This document shows, piece by piece, positions 61,830 to 64,000 of a stretch of 64,000 bases of DNA. The stretch lies in NCBI GenBank assembly GCA_964617505.1, contig CAZTZB010000006.1, forward strand, positions 2,551 through 66,550. The letters are read 5' to 3'. The stretch comes from an uncultured Peptostreptococcaceae bacterium. GTDB taxonomy: Bacteria; Bacillota; Clostridia; Peptostreptococcales; BM714. The notes under the pieces are model-generated. The model made no database searches. It was not told the DNA's origin and was given only the letters and a program-made list of their open reading frames with translations. The position numbers and the translations under genes are program-made. Each line of letters starts with the position of its first letter. Position 1 is the stretch's first letter.

Positions 61830-63020
61830 ATGGTTTTAAACGTAATAGCCGCTTTCAGTATCGTTTTAGTGATTCTGATGATAGGCGAAATTGTATCAAC
61901 AAAGACAAAGGCATTCATCCCGTCAGTCTTTGTGTCGGCGGTATTGTTCTTAATTGGATTTTGGACAATCTTACCTGCTGACTTGGTTACACAGAGTTCA
62001 TTTGCAACGCCTGTAGTTTATGTATCAATGTACTTATTATTAACTCATATGGGAACATTAATGAGCGTCAAAGAATTGTTGGCTCAATGGAGAACTATTG
62101 TAATAGCTATGATGGGAATCGTTGGTATTTGCGCAATGACTCTCACTATAGGAAATGCTTTATTCGGATGGCAGACAGTAGTAGCTGCCACACCGCCTCT
62201 TACAGGTGGCGTAGTAGCATCCATTCTTATGTCAACAGCTGCAACCGAATTGGGTCTTCCTACAATTGCTGTATTGGCAACTGCCATGTACATCATGCAG
62301 GGATTCTTCGGATATCCTCTTACGGCAGTCCTTCTTAAGAAGGAAGCTACAAGATTGGCTGATCAAGTTAGGAGCGGAGAGGTTTCTTTCAAAGCTGAAA
62401 ACAAATCAGTAGGAGCCATGGCTGTTGAGGAAAAAGCAGGCCATTGGAAATTCCCGCCGGTTCCTGAGAAATATCAATCGACATATGTAATTTTATTTAA
62501 ATTGGGATTAGTGGCATGGCTTGCAACTCTTGCATCTCCAATAATCCACTTGAACCAATTTGTTGTTTGCCTGCTCTTTGGTGTTATAGGCAGAGAATTC
62601 GGATTTCTTGAAGAAAAAGCACTTGTTAAAGCAAATGCTTTCGGATTCCTTATGACTGTACTAATGGCTTTTATATTTGCAGGGCTTTCAAAAGCAACGC
62701 CAGAAATGCTAGCAAAAATTGCTCTTCCGTTATTCGGTATCATCATATTGGGTGTAATTGGAATGGGAATACTTTCGATTCTTGCTGGAAAATTATTGGG
62801 GTCAACAAAAGAGATGGCTTTTTCAATCGCCATGACAGCACTTTACGGATTTCCCGCAGACTATGTTTTGACAATTGAGGCAATCAAGGCTTCTACAAAA
62901 ACGCAGGAAGAAGAAGATTACGCAATGGATCAAATGCTTCCGAAGATGCTTGTTGGTGGATTTACAACAGTTACAATAGCATCCGTAATCATTGCCGGCA
63001 TATTCGTAAAATTGCTGTAA
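61830..63020 (+). CDS. Polytopic membrane protein, probable secondary transporter; family not recognised
   Basis: It has about 10-12 predicted TM segments in two halves separated by a charged loop (KKEATRLADQVRSGEVSFKAENK). It has a strong AAAGGAGG RBS. Confidence 0.55.
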   Translation: MVLNVIAAFSIVLVILMIGEIVSTKTKAFIPSVFVSAVLFLIGFWTILPADLVTQSSFATPVVYVSMYLLLTHMGTLMSVKELLAQWRTIVIAMMGIVGICAMTLTIGNALFGWQTVVAATPPLTGGVVASILMSTAATELGLPTIAVLATAMYIMQGFFGYPLTAVLLKKEATRLADQVRSGEVSFKAENKSVGAMAVEEKAGHWKFPPVPEKYQSTYVILFKLGLVAWLATLASPIIHLNQFVVCLLFGVIGREFGFLEEKALVKANAFGFLMTVLMAFIFAGLSKATPEMLAKIALPLFGIIILGVIGMGILSILAGKLLGSTKEMAFSIAMTALYGFPADYVLTIEAIKASTKTQEEEDYAMDQMLPKMLVGGFTTVTIASVIIAGIFVKLL

Positions 63021-63062
63021 AAGAAGAAGTGGGAATAATATTATAAAAATCGGGAACGCTTC

Positions 63063-63097
63063 TGGCACCTGCTTGTCTAATTGGGCAAGGGGTGCCA
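63063..63097 (+). other. GC-rich intergenic hairpin between the transporter and amidohydrolase genes
   Basis: TGGCACC(TG)CTTG-loop-CAAG(G)GGTGCCA is followed by TTTCCCGGTTT. It could be an attenuator or a partial terminator. Confidence 0.45.
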
Positions 63098-63134
63098 TTT
63101 CCCGGTTTAACGATATAAAATTGGGGGGCTTGTA

Positions 63135-64000
63135 ATGTACACTGATCTGAATCGTATCAAAAATGACTTAGAAACGCTTTCTGGTTTCAATTCTACGCCT
63201 GGAGAGGGTCTGACAAGATTCTCGCTTACGGAAGCGGATAGAGGAGCTAGGGAATACTTGCGTAAAGAACTAACAAAGATAGGCTTAAAGGTTTATGAGG
63301 ATTCAGCAGGAACACTTTTTGGAAGAATGGAAGGAAGCGATCCTAGCGCGCCTGTAATATTGATTGGGTCCCATTTCGATTCCGTTAAAAACGGAGGGAA
63401 CTTTGACGGACCTGCTGGAATAATCATGGGGCTTGAAATAATGAGGGTTCTTAAAGAAAAGAATATACGCACAAAGTATCCAATCGAATTTGTAGGGATG
63501 ATAGAAGAAGAAGGTGGGCGCTTTGGAGCCGGTGTTTTTGGAAGCCGCGCGATGGTAGGAAAAGTGAAATACGAGGATTTAAGGAAAAACAAGGATGAAA
63601 ATGGTGTTTCCATGGCGGATGCTTTTGAGACCTTTGGTTTCGACCCGCGTAAAATAGACGAGTCAGCAAGAAAGTCGGAAGACTTGAAGGCTTTTATTGA
63701 ATTGCATATAGAGCAAGGGCCAGTATTGGAAAACGGGAACATAGATTTAGGTTTGGTTGATTTTATAGTTGGAATTTCTGAATTTCGCGTAGTCGTAAAA
63801 GGACGTCCGGATCATGCCGGAACGACGCCTATGCACCTTCGCAAGGATTCGCTTGTTGCGGCTTCGGAGCTGATTTCAGAGATTGGAAATTATGCAGTAA
63901 AAGCAGGAGAGGGAACTGTTGCAACGGTAGGGGTATTAGATGTTAAACCGGGTGCGGCGAATATTGTTCCCGGTGAAGTGAAGTTTACTGTTGACATAAG
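63135..64000 (+). CDS. M20-family Zn-dependent amidohydrolase (allantoate amidohydrolase / N-carbamoyl-L-amino-acid hydrolase type), 3' end beyond the window
   Basis: My translation from the ATG at 63135 is MYTDLNRIKNDLETLSGFNSTPGEGLTRFSLT...IGSHFDSVKNGGNFDGPAG...EEEGGRFG...GRPDHAGTTPM, open to position 64000. It is not in the ORF track because it has no stop in the window. Confidence 0.85.
   Translation, partial: MYTDLNRIKNDLETLSGFNSTPGEGLTRFSLTEADRGAREYLRKELTKIGLKVYEDSAGTLFGRMEGSDPSAPVILIGSHFDSVKNGGNFDGPAGIIMGLEIMRVLKEKNIRTKYPIEFVGMIEEEGGRFGAGVFGSRAMVGKVKYEDLRKNKDENGVSMADAFETFGFDPRKIDESARKSEDLKAFIELHIEQGPVLENGNIDLGLVDFIVGISEFRVVVKGRPDHAGTTPMHLRKDSLVAASELISEIGNYAVKAGEGTVATVGVLDVKPGAANIVPGEVKFTVDI

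Noticed and set aside
63063-63077. TGGCACCTGCTTGTC upstream of the amidohydrolase gene looked like a second sigma-54 promoter.
   Set aside because: The -12 region reads TGTC at the consensus TTGC position, and the alternative TTGT is 1 nt too close. The TGGCACC is better explained as the left arm of the 63063..63097 hairpin.

Overview
This is the chromosomal origin region of a low-GC Firmicute of Clostridia type; I cannot name the species from sequence alone. A bipartite oriC sits at about 41.7-43.7 kb. DnaA boxes lie upstream of dnaA. Between dnaA and dnaN there are more boxes, a GC cluster, six DnaA-trios and an AT-rich stretch. Left of oriC almost every gene is on the minus strand: rpmH-rnpA-yidD-yidC-jag, mnmE-mnmG-rsmG-noc-like, soj-spo0J, a selenium-associated yedF/DUF3343 pair, rpsF-ssb-rpsR, yybS-gdpP-rplI, dnaB, purA and a WalRK-like two-component system. 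Right of oriC most genes are on the plus strand: dnaA-dnaN-yaaA-recF-gyrB-gyrA, a CPBP protease, rsbV-rsbW-sigB, a Liv-type ABC transporter, and a PucR-type regulator with a transporter and an M20 amidohydrolase. The main non-housekeeping block spans about 20.7-32.5 kb. It holds a sigma-54 enhancer-binding protein followed by an 11-gene Mrp/Mbh-type membrane operon. That operon has a textbook -24/-12 sigma-54 promoter, a split MrpA, four antiporter-like subunits and a tandem duplication of the NuoL-like subunit that left a junction footprint. Other points of note are two perfect parS sites flanking soj-spo0J, a Noc-type ParB paralogue without the N-terminal membrane helix, a three-box DnaA cluster about 34 kb from oriC, and two unlisted small ORFs with full expression signals. 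I saw no rRNA, tRNA, CRISPR, transposase or phage genes. All protein family calls come from reading the translated ORFs; no database search was run.
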